The position numbers were made by a program, and so were the translations under genes. From NCBI GenBank assembly GCA_000004985.1, contig GG738847.1: DNA of 64,000 nucleotides; one strand, 5' to 3'. Under the pieces are notes generated by a model, which searched no databases, was not told where the DNA came from, and saw only the letters and a program-made list of their open reading frames with translations. Position 1 is the first letter of the stretch. Each line of letters starts with the position of its first letter. This DNA is from Naegleria gruberi. Taxonomy: Eukaryota. Positions 52,807-64,000 of the stretch are shown here, one piece after another.

Positions 52807-55800
52807 NNNNNNNNNNNNNNNNNNNNNNNNNNNNNNNNNNNNNNNNNNNNNNNNNNNNNNNNNNNNNNNNNNNNNNNNNNNNNNNNNNNNNNNNNNNNNN
52901 NNNNNNNNNNNNNNNNNNNNNNNNNNNNNNNNNNNNNNNNNNNNNNNNNNNNNNNNNNNNNNNNNNNNNNNNNNNNNNNNNNNNNNNNNNNNNNNNNNNN
53001 NNNNNNNNNNNNNNNNNNNNNNNNNNNNNNNNNNNNNNNNNNNNNNNNNNNNNNNNNNNNNNNNNNNNNNNNNNNNNNNNNNNNNNNNNNNNNNNNNNNN
53101 NNNNNNNNNNNNNNNNNNNNNNNNNNNNNNNNNNNNNNNNNNNNNNNNNNNNNNNNNNNNNNNNNNNNNNNNNNNNNNNNNNNNNNNNNNNNNNNNNNNN
53201 NNNNNNNNNNNNNNNNNNNNNNNNNNNNNNNNNNNNNNNNNNNNNNNNNNNNNNNNNNNNNNNNNNNNNNNNNNNNNNNNNNNNNNNNNNNNNNNNNNNN
53301 NNNNNNNNNNNNNNNNNNNNNNNNNNNNNNNNNNNNNNNNNNNNNNNNNNNNNNNNNNNNNNNNNNNNNNNNNNNNNNNNNNNNNNNNNNNNNNNNNNNN
53401 NNNNNNNNNNNNNNNNNNNNNNNNNNNNNNNNNNNNNNNNNNNNNNNNNNNNNNNNNNNNNNNNNNNNNNNNNNNNNNNNNNNNNNNNNNNNNNNNNNNN
53501 NNNNNNNNNNNNNNNNNNNNNNNNNNNNNNNNNNNNNNNNNNNNNNNNNNNNNNNNNNNNNNNNNNNNNNNNNNNNNNNNNNNNNNNNNNNNNNNNNNNN
53601 NNNNNNNNNNNNNNNNNNNNNNNNNNNNNNNNNNNNNNNNNNNNNNNNNNNNNNNNNNNNNNNNNNNNNNNNNNNNNNNNNNNNNNNNNNNNNNNNNNNN
53701 NNNNNNNNNNNNNNNNNNNNNNNNNNNNNNNNNNNNNNNNNNNNNNNNNNNNNNNNNNNNNNNNNNNNNNNNNNNNNNNNNNNNNNNNNNNNNNNNNNNN
53801 NNNNNNNNNNNNNNNNNNNNNNNNNNNNNNNNNNNNNNNNNNNNNNNNNNNNNNNNNNNNNNNNNNNNNNNNNNNNNNNNNNNNNNNNNNNNNNNNNNNN
53901 NNNNNNNNNNNNNNNNNNNNNNNNNNNNNNNNNNNNNNNNNNNNNNNNNNNNNNNNNNNNNNNNNNNNNNNNNNNNNNNNNNNNNNNNNNNNNNNNNNNN
54001 NNNNNNNNNNNNNNNNNNNNNNNNNNNNNNNNNNNNNNNNNNNNNNNNNNNNNNNNNNNNNNNNNNNNNNNNNNNNNNNNNNNNNNNNNNNNNNNNNNNN
54101 NNNNNNNNNNNNNNNNNNNNNNNNNNNNNNNNNNNNNNNNNNNNNNNNNNNNNNNNNNNNNNNNNNNNNNNNNNNNNNNNNNNNNNNNNNNNNNNNNNNN
54201 NNNNNNNNNNNNNNNNNNNNNNNNNNNNNNNNNNNNNNNNNNNNNNNNNNNNNNNNNNNNNNNNNNNNNNNNNNNNNNNNNNNNNNNNNNNNNNNNNNNN
54301 NNNNNNNNNNNNNNNNNNNNNNNNNNNNNNNNNNNNNNNNNNNNNNNNNNNNNNNNNNNNNNNNNNNNNNNNNNNNNNNNNNNNNNNNNNNNNNNNNNNN
54401 NNNNNNNNNNNNNNNNNNNNNNNNNNNNNNNNNNNNNNNNNNNNNNNNNNNNNNNNNNNNNNNNNNNNNNNNNNNNNNNNNNNNNNNNNNNNNNNNNNNN
54501 NNNNNNNNNNNNNNNNNNNNNNNNNNNNNNNNNNNNNNNNNNNNNNNNNNNNNNNNNNNNNNNNNNNNNNNNNNNNNNNNNNNNNNNNNNNNNNNNNNNN
54601 NNNNNNNNNNNNNNNNNNNNNNNNNNNNNNNNNNNNNNNNNNNNNNNNNNNNNNNNNNNNNNNNNNNNNNNNNNNNNNNNNNNNNNNNNNNNNNNNNNNN
54701 NNNNNNNNNNNNNNNNNNNNNNNNNNNNNNNNNNNNNNNNNNNNNNNNNNNNNNNNNNNNNNNNNNNNNNNNNNNNNNNNNNNNNNNNNNNNNNNNNNNN
54801 NNNNNNNNNNNNNNNNNNNNNNNNNNNNNNNNNNNNNNNNNNNNNNNNNNNNNNNNNNNNNNNNNNNNNNNNNNNNNNNNNNNNNNNNNNNNNNNNNNNN
54901 NNNNNNNNNNNNNNNNNNNNNNNNNNNNNNNNNNNNNNNNNNNNNNNNNNNNNNNNNNNNNNNNNNNNNNNNNNNNNNNNNNNNNNNNNNNNNNNNNNNN
55001 NNNNNNNNNNNNNNNNNNNNNNNNNNNNNNNNNNNNNNNNNNNNNNNNNNNNNNNNNNNNNNNNNNNNNNNNNNNNNNNNNNNNNNNNNNNNNNNNNNNN
55101 NNNNNNNNNNNNNNNNNNNNNNNNNNNNNNNNNNNNNNNNNNNNNNNNNNNNNNNNNNNNNNNNNNNNNNNNNNNNNNNNNNNNNNNNNNNNNNNNNNNN
55201 NNNNNNNNNNNNNNNNNNNNNNNNNNNNNNNNNNNNNNNNNNNNNNNNNNNNNNNNNNNNNNNNNNNNNNNNNNNNNNNNNNNNNNNNNNNNNNNNNNNN
55301 NNNNNNNNNNNNNNNNNNNNNNNNNNNNNNNNNNNNNNNNNNNNNNNNNNNNNNNNNNNNNNNNNNNNNNNNNNNNNNNNNNNNNNNNNNNNNNNNNNNN
55401 NNNNNNNNNNNNNNNNNNNNNNNNNNNNNNNNNNNNNNNNNNNNNNNNNNNNNNNNNNNNNNNNNNNNNNNNNNNNNNNNNNNNNNNNNNNNNNNNNNNN
55501 NNNNNNNNNNNNNNNNNNNNNNNNNNNNNNNNNNNNNNNNNNNNNNNNNNNNNNNNNNNNNNNNNNNNNNNNNNNNNNNNNNNNNNNNNNNNNNNNNNNN
55601 NNNNNNNNNNNNNNNNNNNNNNNNNNNNNNNNNNNNNNNNNNNNNNNNNNNNNNNNNNNNNNNNNNNNNNNNNNNNNNNNNNNNNNNNNNNNNNNNNNNN
55701 NNNNNNNNNNNNNNNNNNNNNNNNNNNNNNNNNNNNNNNNNNNNNNNNNNNNNNNNNNNNNNNNNNNNNNNNNNNNNNNNNNNNNNNNNNNNNNNNNNNN

Positions 55801-58800
55801 NNNNNNNNNNNNNNNNNNNNNNNNNNNNNNNNNNNNNNNNNNNNNNNNNNNNNNNNNNNNNNNNNNNNNNNNNNNNNNNNNNNNNNNNNNNNNNNNNNNN
55901 NNNNNNNNNNNNNNNNNNNNNNNNNNNNNNNNNNNNNNNNNNNNNNNNNNNNNNNNNNNNNNNNNNNNNNNNNNNNNNNNNNNNNNNNNNNNNNNNNNNN
56001 NNNNNNNNNNNNNNNNNNNNNNNNNNNNNNNNNNNNNNNNNNNNNNNNNNNNNNNNNNNNNNNNNNNNNNNNNNNNNNNNNNNNNNNNNNNNNNNNNNNN
56101 NNNNNNNNNNNNNNNNNNNNNNNNNNNNNNNNNNNNNNNNNNNNNNNNNNNNNNNNNNNNNNNNNNNNNNNNNNNNNNNNNNNNNNNNNNNNNNNNNNNN
56201 NNNNNNNNNNNNNNNNNNNNNNNNNNNNNNNNNNNNNNNNNNNNNNNNNNNNNNNNNNNNNNNNNNNNNNNNNNNNNNNNNNNNNNNNNNNNNNNNNNNN
56301 NNNNNNNNNNNNNNNNNNNNNNNNNNNNNNNNNNNNNNNNNNNNNNNNNNNNNNNNNNNNNNNNNNNNNNNNNNNNNNNNNNNNNNNNNNNNNNNNNNNN
56401 NNNNNNNNNNNNNNNNNNNNNNNNNNNNNNNNNNNNNNNNNNNNNNNNNNNNNNNNNNNNNNNNNNNNNNNNNNNNNNNNNNNNNNNNNNNNNNNNNNNN
56501 NNNNNNNNNNNNNNNNNNNNNNNNNNNNNNNNNNNNNNNNNNNNNNNNNNNNNNNNNNNNNNNNNNNNNNNNNNNNNNNNNNNNNNNNNNNNNNNNNNNN
56601 NNNNNNNNNNNNNNNNNNNNNNNNNNNNNNNNNNNNNNNNNNNNNNNNNNNNNNNNNNNNNNNNNNNNNNNNNNNNNNNNNNNNNNNNNNNNNNNNNNNN
56701 NNNNNNNNNNNNNNNNNNNNNNNNNNNNNNNNNNNNNNNNNNNNNNNNNNNNNNNNNNNNNNNNNNNNNNNNNNNNNNNNNNNNNNNNNNNNNNNNNNNN
56801 NNNNNNNNNNNNNNNNNNNNNNNNNNNNNNNNNNNNNNNNNNNNNNNNNNNNNNNNNNNNNNNNNNNNNNNNNNNNNNNNNNNNNNNNNNNNNNNNNNNN
56901 NNNNNNNNNNNNNNNNNNNNNNNNNNNNNNNNNNNNNNNNNNNNNNNNNNNNNNNNNNNNNNNNNNNNNNNNNNNNNNNNNNNNNNNNNNNNNNNNNNNN
57001 NNNNNNNNNNNNNNNNNNNNNNNNNNNNNNNNNNNNNNNNNNNNNNNNNNNNNNNNNNNNNNNNNNNNNNNNNNNNNNNNNNNNNNNNNNNNNNNNNNNN
57101 NNNNNNNNNNNNNNNNNNNNNNNNNNNNNNNNNNNNNNNNNNNNNNNNNNNNNNNNNNNNNNNNNNNNNNNNNNNNNNNNNNNNNNNNNNNNNNNNNNNN
57201 NNNNNNNNNNNNNNNNNNNNNNNNNNNNNNNNNNNNNNNNNNNNNNNNNNNNNNNNNNNNNNNNNNNNNNNNNNNNNNNNNNNNNNNNNNNNNNNNNNNN
57301 NNNNNNNNNNNNNNNNNNNNNNNNNNNNNNNNNNNNNNNNNNNNNNNNNNNNNNNNNNNNNNNNNNNNNNNNNNNNNNNNNNNNNNNNNNNNNNNNNNNN
57401 NNNNNNNNNNNNNNNNNNNNNNNNNNNNNNNNNNNNNNNNNNNNNNNNNNNNNNNNNNNNNNNNNNNNNNNNNNNNNNNNNNNNNNNNNNNNNNNNNNNN
57501 NNNNNNNNNNNNNNNNNNNNNNNNNNNNNNNNNNNNNNNNNNNNNNNNNNNNNNNNNNNNNNNNNNNNNNNNNNNNNNNNNNNNNNNNNNNNNNNNNNNN
57601 NNNNNNNNNNNNNNNNNNNNNNNNNNNNNNNNNNNNNNNNNNNNNNNNNNNNNNNNNNNNNNNNNNNNNNNNNNNNNNNNNNNNNNNNNNNNNNNNNNNN
57701 NNNNNNNNNNNNNNNNNNNNNNNNNNNNNNNNNNNNNNNNNNNNNNNNNNNNNNNNNNNNNNNNNNNNNNNNNNNNNNNNNNNNNNNNNNNNNNNNNNNN
57801 NNNNNNNNNNNNNNNNNNNNNNNNNNNNNNNNNNNNNNNNNNNNNNNNNNNNNNNNNNNNNNNNNNNNNNNNNNNNNNNNNNNNNNNNNNNNNNNNNNNN
57901 NNNNNNNNNNNNNNNNNNNNNNNNNNNNNNNNNNNNNNNNNNNNNNNNNNNNNNNNNNNNNNNNNNNNNNNNNNNNNNNNNNNNNNNNNNNNNNNNNNNN
58001 NNNNNNNNNNNNNNNNNNNNNNNNNNNNNNNNNNNNNNNNNNNNNNNNNNNNNNNNNNNNNNNNNNNNNNNNNNNNNNNNNNNNNNNNNNNNNNNNNNNN
58101 NNNNNNNNNNNNNNNNNNNNNNNNNNNNNNNNNNNNNNNNNNNNNNNNNNNNNNNNNNNNNNNNNNNNNNNNNNNNNNNNNNNNNNNNNNNNNNNNNNNN
58201 NNNNNNNNNNNNNNNNNNNNNNNNNNNNNNNNNNNNNNNNNNNNNNNNNNNNNNNNNNNNNNNNNNNNNNNNNNNNNNNNNNNNNNNNNNNNNNNNNNNN
58301 NNNNNNNNNNNNNNNNNNNNNNNNNNNNNNNNNNNNNNNNNNNNNNNNNNNNNNNNNNNNNNNNNNNNNNNNNNNNNNNNNNNNNNNNNNNNNNNNNNNN
58401 NNNNNNNNNNNNNNNNNNNNNNNNNNNNNNNNNNNNNNNNNNNNNNNNNNNNNNNNNNNNNNNNNNNNNNNNNNNNNNNNNNNNNNNNNNNNNNNNNNNN
58501 NNNNNNNNNNNNNNNNNNNNNNNNNNNNNNNNNNNNNNNNNNNNNNNNNNNNNNNNNNNNNNNNNNNNNNNNNNNNNNNNNNNNNNNNNNNNNNNNNNNN
58601 NNNNNNNNNNNNNNNNNNNNNNNNNNNNNNNNNNNNNNNNNNNNNNNNNNNNNNNNNNNNNNNNNNNNNNNNNNNNNNNNNNNNNNNNNNNNNNNNNNNN
58701 NNNNNNNNNNNNNNNNNNNNNNNNNNNNNNNNNNNNNNNNNNNNNNNNNNNNNNNNNNNNNNNNNNNNNNNNNNNNNNNNNNNNNNNNNNNNNNNNNNNN

Positions 58801-61800
58801 NNNNNNNNNNNNNNNNNNNNNNNNNNNNNNNNNNNNNNNNNNNNNNNNNNNNNNNNNNNNNNNNNNNNNNNNNNNNNNNNNNNNNNNNNNNNNNNNNNNN
58901 NNNNNNNNNNNNNNNNNNNNNNNNNNNNNNNNNNNNNNNNNNNNNNNNNNNNNNNNNNNNNNNNNNNNNNNNNNNNNNNNNNNNNNNNNNNNNNNNNNNN
59001 NNNNNNNNNNNNNNNNNNNNNNNNNNNNNNNNNNNNNNNNNNNNNNNNNNNNNNNNNNNNNNNNNNNNNNNNNNNNNNNNNNNNNNNNNNNNNNNNNNNN
59101 NNNNNNNNNNNNNNNNNNNNNNNNNNNNNNNNNNNNNNNNNNNNNNNNNNNNNNNNNNNNNNNNNNNNNNNNNNNNNNNNNNNNNNNNNNNNNNNNNNNN
59201 NNNNNNNNNNNNNNNNNNNNNNNNNNNNNNNNNNNNNNNNNNNNNNNNNNNNNNNNNNNNNNNNNNNNNNNNNNNNNNNNNNNNNNNNNNNNNNNNNNNN
59301 NNNNNNNNNNNNNNNNNNNNNNNNNNNNNNNNNNNNNNNNNNNNNNNNNNNNNNNNNNNNNNNNNNNNNNNNNNNNNNNNNNNNNNNNNNNNNNNNNNNN
59401 NNNNNNNNNNNNNNNNNNNNNNNNNNNNNNNNNNNNNNNNNNNNNNNNNNNNNNNNNNNNNNNNNNNNNNNNNNNNNNNNNNNNNNNNNNNNNNNNNNNN
59501 NNNNNNNNNNNNNNNNNNNNNNNNNNNNNNNNNNNNNNNNNNNNNNNNNNNNNNNNNNNNNNNNNNNNNNNNNNNNNNNNNNNNNNNNNNNNNNNNNNNN
59601 NNNNNNNNNNNNNNNNNNNNNNNNNNNNNNNNNNNNNNNNNNNNNNNNNNNNNNNNNNNNNNNNNNNNNNNNNNNNNNNNNNNNNNNNNNNNNNNNNNNN
59701 NNNNNNNNNNNNNNNNNNNNNNNNNNNNNNNNNNNNNNNNNNNNNNNNNNNNNNNNNNNNNNNNNNNNNNNNNNNNNNNNNNNNNNNNNNNNNNNNNNNN
59801 NNNNNNNNNNNNNNNNNNNNNNNNNNNNNNNNNNNNNNNNNNNNNNNNNNNNNNNNNNNNNNNNNNNNNNNNNNNNNNNNNNNNNNNNNNNNNNNNNNNN
59901 NNNNNNNNNNNNNNNNNNNNNNNNNNNNNNNNNNNNNNNNNNNNNNNNNNNNNNNNNNNNNNNNNNNNNNNNNNNNNNNNNNNNNNNNNNNNNNNNNNNN
60001 NNNNNNNNNNNNNNNNNNNNNNNNNNNNNNNNNNNNNNNNNNNNNNNNNNNNNNNNNNNNNNNNNNNNNNNNNNNNNNNNNNNNNNNNNNNNNNNNNNNN
60101 NNNNNNNNNNNNNNNNNNNNNNNNNNNNNNNNNNNNNNNNNNNNNNNNNNNNNNNNNNNNNNNNNNNNNNNNNNNNNNNNNNNNNNNNNNNNNNNNNNNN
60201 NNNNNNNNNNNNNNNNNNNNNNNNNNNNNNNNNNNNNNNNNNNNNNNNNNNNNNNNNNNNNNNNNNNNNNNNNNNNNNNNNNNNNNNNNNNNNNNNNNNN
60301 NNNNNNNNNNNNNNNNNNNNNNNNNNNNNNNNNNNNNNNNNNNNNNNNNNNNNNNNNNNNNNNNNNNNNNNNNNNNNNNNNNNNNNNNNNNNNNNNNNNN
60401 NNNNNNNNNNNNNNNNNNNNNNNNNNNNNNNNNNNNNNNNNNNNNNNNNNNNNNNNNNNNNNNNNNNNNNNNNNNNNNNNNNNNNNNNNNNNNNNNNNNN
60501 NNNNNNNNNNNNNNNNNNNNNNNNNNNNNNNNNNNNNNNNNNNNNNNNNNNNNNNNNNNNNNNNNNNNNNNNNNNNNNNNNNNNNNNNNNNNNNNNNNNN
60601 NNNNNNNNNNNNNNNNNNNNNNNNNNNNNNNNNNNNNNNNNNNNNNNNNNNNNNNNNNNNNNNNNNNNNNNNNNNNNNNNNNNNNNNNNNNNNNNNNNNN
60701 NNNNNNNNNNNNNNNNNNNNNNNNNNNNNNNNNNNNNNNNNNNNNNNNNNNNNNNNNNNNNNNNNNNNNNNNNNNNNNNNNNNNNNNNNNNNNNNNNNNN
60801 NNNNNNNNNNNNNNNNNNNNNNNNNNNNNNNNNNNNNNNNNNNNNNNNNNNNNNNNNNNNNNNNNNNNNNNNNNNNNNNNNNNNNNNNNNNNNNNNNNNN
60901 NNNNNNNNNNNNNNNNNNNNNNNNNNNNNNNNNNNNNNNNNNNNNNNNNNNNNNNNNNNNNNNNNNNNNNNNNNNNNNNNNNNNNNNNNNNNNNNNNNNN
61001 NNNNNNNNNNNNNNNNNNNNNNNNNNNNNNNNNNNNNNNNNNNNNNNNNNNNNNNNNNNNNNNNNNNNNNNNNNNNNNNNNNNNNNNNNNNNNNNNNNNN
61101 NNNNNNNNNNNNNNNNNNNNNNNNNNNNNNNNNNNNNNNNNNNNNNNNNNNNNNNNNNNNNNNNNNNNNNNNNNNNNNNNNNNNNNNNNNNNNNNNNNNN
61201 NNNNNNNNNNNNNNNNNNNNNNNNNNNNNNNNNNNNNNNNNNNNNNNNNNNNNNNNNNNNNNNNNNNNNNNNNNNNNNNNNNNNNNNNNNNNNNNNNNNN
61301 NNNNNNNNNNNNNNNNNNNNNNNNNNNNNNNNNNNNNNNNNNNNNNNNNNNNNNNNNNNNNNNNNNNNNNNNNNNNNNNNNNNNNNNNNNNNNNNNNNNN
61401 NNNNNNNNNNNNNNNNNNNNNNNNNNNNNNNNNNNNNNNNNNNNNNNNNNNNNNNNNNNNNNNNNNNNNNNNNNNNNNNNNNNNNNNNNNNNNNNNNNNN
61501 NNNNNNNNNNNNNNNNNNNNNNNNNNNNNNNNNNNNNNNNNNNNNNNNNNNNNNNNNNNNNNNNNNNNNNNNNNNNNNNNNNNNNNNNNNNNNNNNNNNN
61601 NNNNNNNNNNNNNNNNNNNNNNNNNNNNNNNNNNNNNNNNNNNNNNNNNNNNNNNNNNNNNNNNNNNNNNNNNNNNNNNNNNNNNNNNNNNNNNNNNNNN
61701 NNNNNNNNNNNNNNNNNNNNNNNNNNNNNNNNNNNNNNNNNNNNNNNNNNNNNNNNNNNNNNNNNNNNNNNNNNNNNNNNNNNNNNNNNNNNNNNNNNNN

Positions 61801-64000
61801 NNNNNNNNNNNNNNNNNNNNNNNNNNNNNNNNNNNNNNNNNNNNNNNNNNNNNNNNNNNNNNNNNNNNNNNNNNNNNNNNNNNNNNNNNNNNNNNNNNNN
61901 NNNNNNNNNNNNNNNNNNNNNNNNNNNNNNNNNNNNNNNNNNNNNNNNNNNNNNNNNNNNNNNNNNNNNNNNNNNNNNNNNNNNNNNNNNNNNNNNNNNN
62001 NNNNNNNNNNNNNNNNNNNNNNNNNNNNNNNNNNNNNNNNNNNNNNNNNNNNNNNNNNNNNNNNNNNNNNNNNNNNNNNNNNNNNNNNNNNNNNNNNNNN
62101 NNNNNNNNNNNNNNNNNNNNNNNNNNNNNNNNNNNNNNNNNNNNNNNNNNNNNNNNNNNNNNNNNNNNNNNNNNNNNNNNNNNNNNNNNNNNNNNNNNNN
62201 NNNNNNNNNNNNNNNNNNNNNNNNNNNNNNNNNNNNNNNNNNNNNNNNNNNNNNNNNNNNNNNNNNNNNNNNNNNNNNNNNNNNNNNNNNNNNNNNNNNN
62301 NNNNNNNNNNNNNNNNNNNNNNNNNNNNNNNNNNNNNNNNNNNNNNNNNNNNNNNNNNNNNNNNNNNNNNNNNNNNNNNNNNNNNNNNNNNNNNNNNNNN
62401 NNNNNNNNNNNNNNNNNNNNNNNNNNNNNNNNNNNNNNNNNNNNNNNNNNNNNNNNNNNNNNNNNNNNNNNNNNNNNNNNNNNNNNNNNNNNNNNNNNNN
62501 NNNNNNNNNNNNNNNNNNNNNNNNNNNNNNNNNNNNNNNNNNNNNNNNNNNNNNNNNNNNNNNNNNNNNNNNNNNNNNNNNNNNNNNNNNNNNNNNNNNN
62601 NNNNNNNNNNNNNNNNNNNNNNNNNNNNNNNNNNNNNNNNNNNNNNNNNNNNNNNNNNNNNNNNNNNNNNNNNNNNNNNNNNNNNNNNNNNNNNNNNNNN
62701 NNNNNNNNNNNNNNNNNNNNNNNNNNNNNNNNNNNNNNNNNNNNNNNNNNNNNNNNNNNNNNNNNNNNNNNNNNNNNNNNNNNNNNNNNNNNNNNNNNNN
62801 NNNNNNNNNNNNNNNNNNNNNNNNNNNNNNNNNNNNNNNNNNNNNNNNNNNNNNNNNNNNNNNNNNNNNNNNNNNNNNNNNNNNNNNNNNNNNNNNNNNN
62901 NNNNNNNNNNNNNNNNNNNNNNNNNNNNNNNNNNNNNNNNNNNNNNNNNNNNNNNNNNNNNNNNNNNNNNNNNNNNNNNNNNNNNNNNNNNNNNNNNNNN
63001 NNNNNNNNNNNNNNNNNNNNNNNNNNNNNNNNNNNNNNNNNNNNNNNNNNNNNNNNNNNNNNNNNNNNNNNNNNNNNNNNNNNNNNNNNNNNNNNNNNNN
63101 NNNNNNNNNNNNNNNNNNNNNNNNNNNNNNNNNNNNNNNNNNNNNNNNNNNNNNNNNNNNNNNNNNNNNNNNNNNNNNNNNNNNNNNNNNNNNNNNNNNN
63201 NNNNNNNNNNNNNNNNNNNNNNNNNNNNNNNNNNNNNNNNNNNNNNNNNNNNNNNNNNNNNNNNNNNNNNNNNNNNNNNNNNNNNNNNNNNNNNNNNNNN
63301 NNNNNNNNNNNNNNNNNNNNNNNNNNNNNNNNNNNNNNNNNNNNNNNNNNNNNNNNNNNNNNNNNNNNNNNNNNNNNNNNNNNNNNNNNNNNNNNNNNNN
63401 NNNNNNNNNNNNNNNNNNNNNNNNNNNNNNNNNNNNNNNNNNNNNNNNNNNNNNNNNNNNNNNNNNNNNNNNNNNNNNNNNNNNNNNNNNNNNNNNNNNN
63501 NNNNNNNNNNNNNNNNNNNNNNNNNNNNNNNNNNNNNNNNNNNNNNNNNNNNNNNNNNNNNNNNNNNNNNNNNNNNNNNNNNNNNNNNNNNNNNNNNNNN
63601 NNNNNNNNNNNNNNNNNNNNNNNNNNNNNNNNNNNNNNNNNNNNNNNNNNNNNNNNNNNNNNNNNNNNNNNNNNNNNNNNNNNNNNNNNNNNNNNNNNNN
63701 NNNNNNNNNNNNNNNNNNNNNNNNNNNNNNNNNNNNNNNNNNNNNNNNNNNNNNNNNNNNNNNNNNNNNNNNNNNNNNNNNNNNNNNNNNNNNNNNNNNN
63801 NNNNNNNNNNNNNNNNNNNNNNNNNNNNNNNNNNNNNNNNNNNNNNNNNNNNNNNNNNNNNNNNNNNNNNNNNNNNNNNNNNNNNNNNNNNNNNNNNNNN
63901 NNNNNNNNNNNNNNNNNNNNNNNNNNNNNNNNNNNNNNNNNNNNNNNNNNNNNNNNNNNNNNNNNNNNNNNNNNNNNNNNNNNNNNNNNNNNNNNNNNNN
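52807..64000. other. Assembly gap (11,194 N)
   Basis: Uninterrupted n run to the end of the window. Confidence 0.99.

Noticed and set aside
52807-64000. 11 kb of N
   Set aside because: This is an assembly gap, not a biological feature, and nothing can be inferred from it.
1-64000. Prokaryotic-style defence islands, CRISPR arrays and operons
   Set aside because: The sequence is eukaryotic: spliceosomal introns, Pol III tRNA genes with oligo-T terminators, and monocistronic genes on alternating strands. No short regularly spaced direct repeats were seen.

Overview
This window is AT-rich (about one third GC), gene-dense eukaryotic nuclear DNA. It is not prokaryotic and contains no CRISPR array or operon structure.

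Read directly from the sequence:
- Standard genetic code.
- Many short GT..AG spliceosomal introns (41-141 nt, GTAAGT/GTATGT donors, ..TAG/..CAG acceptors).
- A-rich start contexts (aaaaATG).
- Asn/Ser/Gln homopolymer tracts in proteins.
- Single tRNA genes scattered in short intergenic spacers.

This style best fits a compact protist genome (dictyostelid/amoebozoan-like) or a compact early-branching metazoan. The lineage cannot be fixed from sequence alone.

About 40 protein-coding genes lie on both strands, including:
- legumain (3' partial at the window edge)
- WDR5-like protein
- secreted triple antistasin-like mini-protein
- Rieske oxygenase
- DUSP23-like phosphatase
- eukaryote-type ProRS-like protein
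- N-terminal-only CAP homolog
- cyclin C
- Bin3/MePCE methyltransferase
- Rad17-like P-loop gene
- P4-ATPase flippase
- 7TM-RGS protein
- actin-like protein
- PAQR receptor
- Aquarius helicase
- GAR-domain coiled-coil protein
- COMMD protein
- PPR protein
- mitoribosomal S6
- GPI-anchored surface protein
- F-box/small-GTPase fusion

The tRNA genes are Trp(CCA), Ala(AGC), Asp(GTC), a Gly(GCC) gene split in its T-loop by a 784-bp non-coding repetitive insertion with an 8-bp target-site duplication, and a Tyr-like 3' fragment.

The last 11.2 kb (52807..64000) is an N gap, and there is a second 50-N gap at 51472..51521. The 1.29 kb between the gaps exactly copies 10418..11706 (DUSP23 gene plus the left half of the insertion element), so it is probably an assembly artefact.

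Note on the supplied ORF track: many of its 'M' starts are TTG/GTG/CTG codons, so several ORF starts were moved to the first in-frame ATG with an A-rich context.
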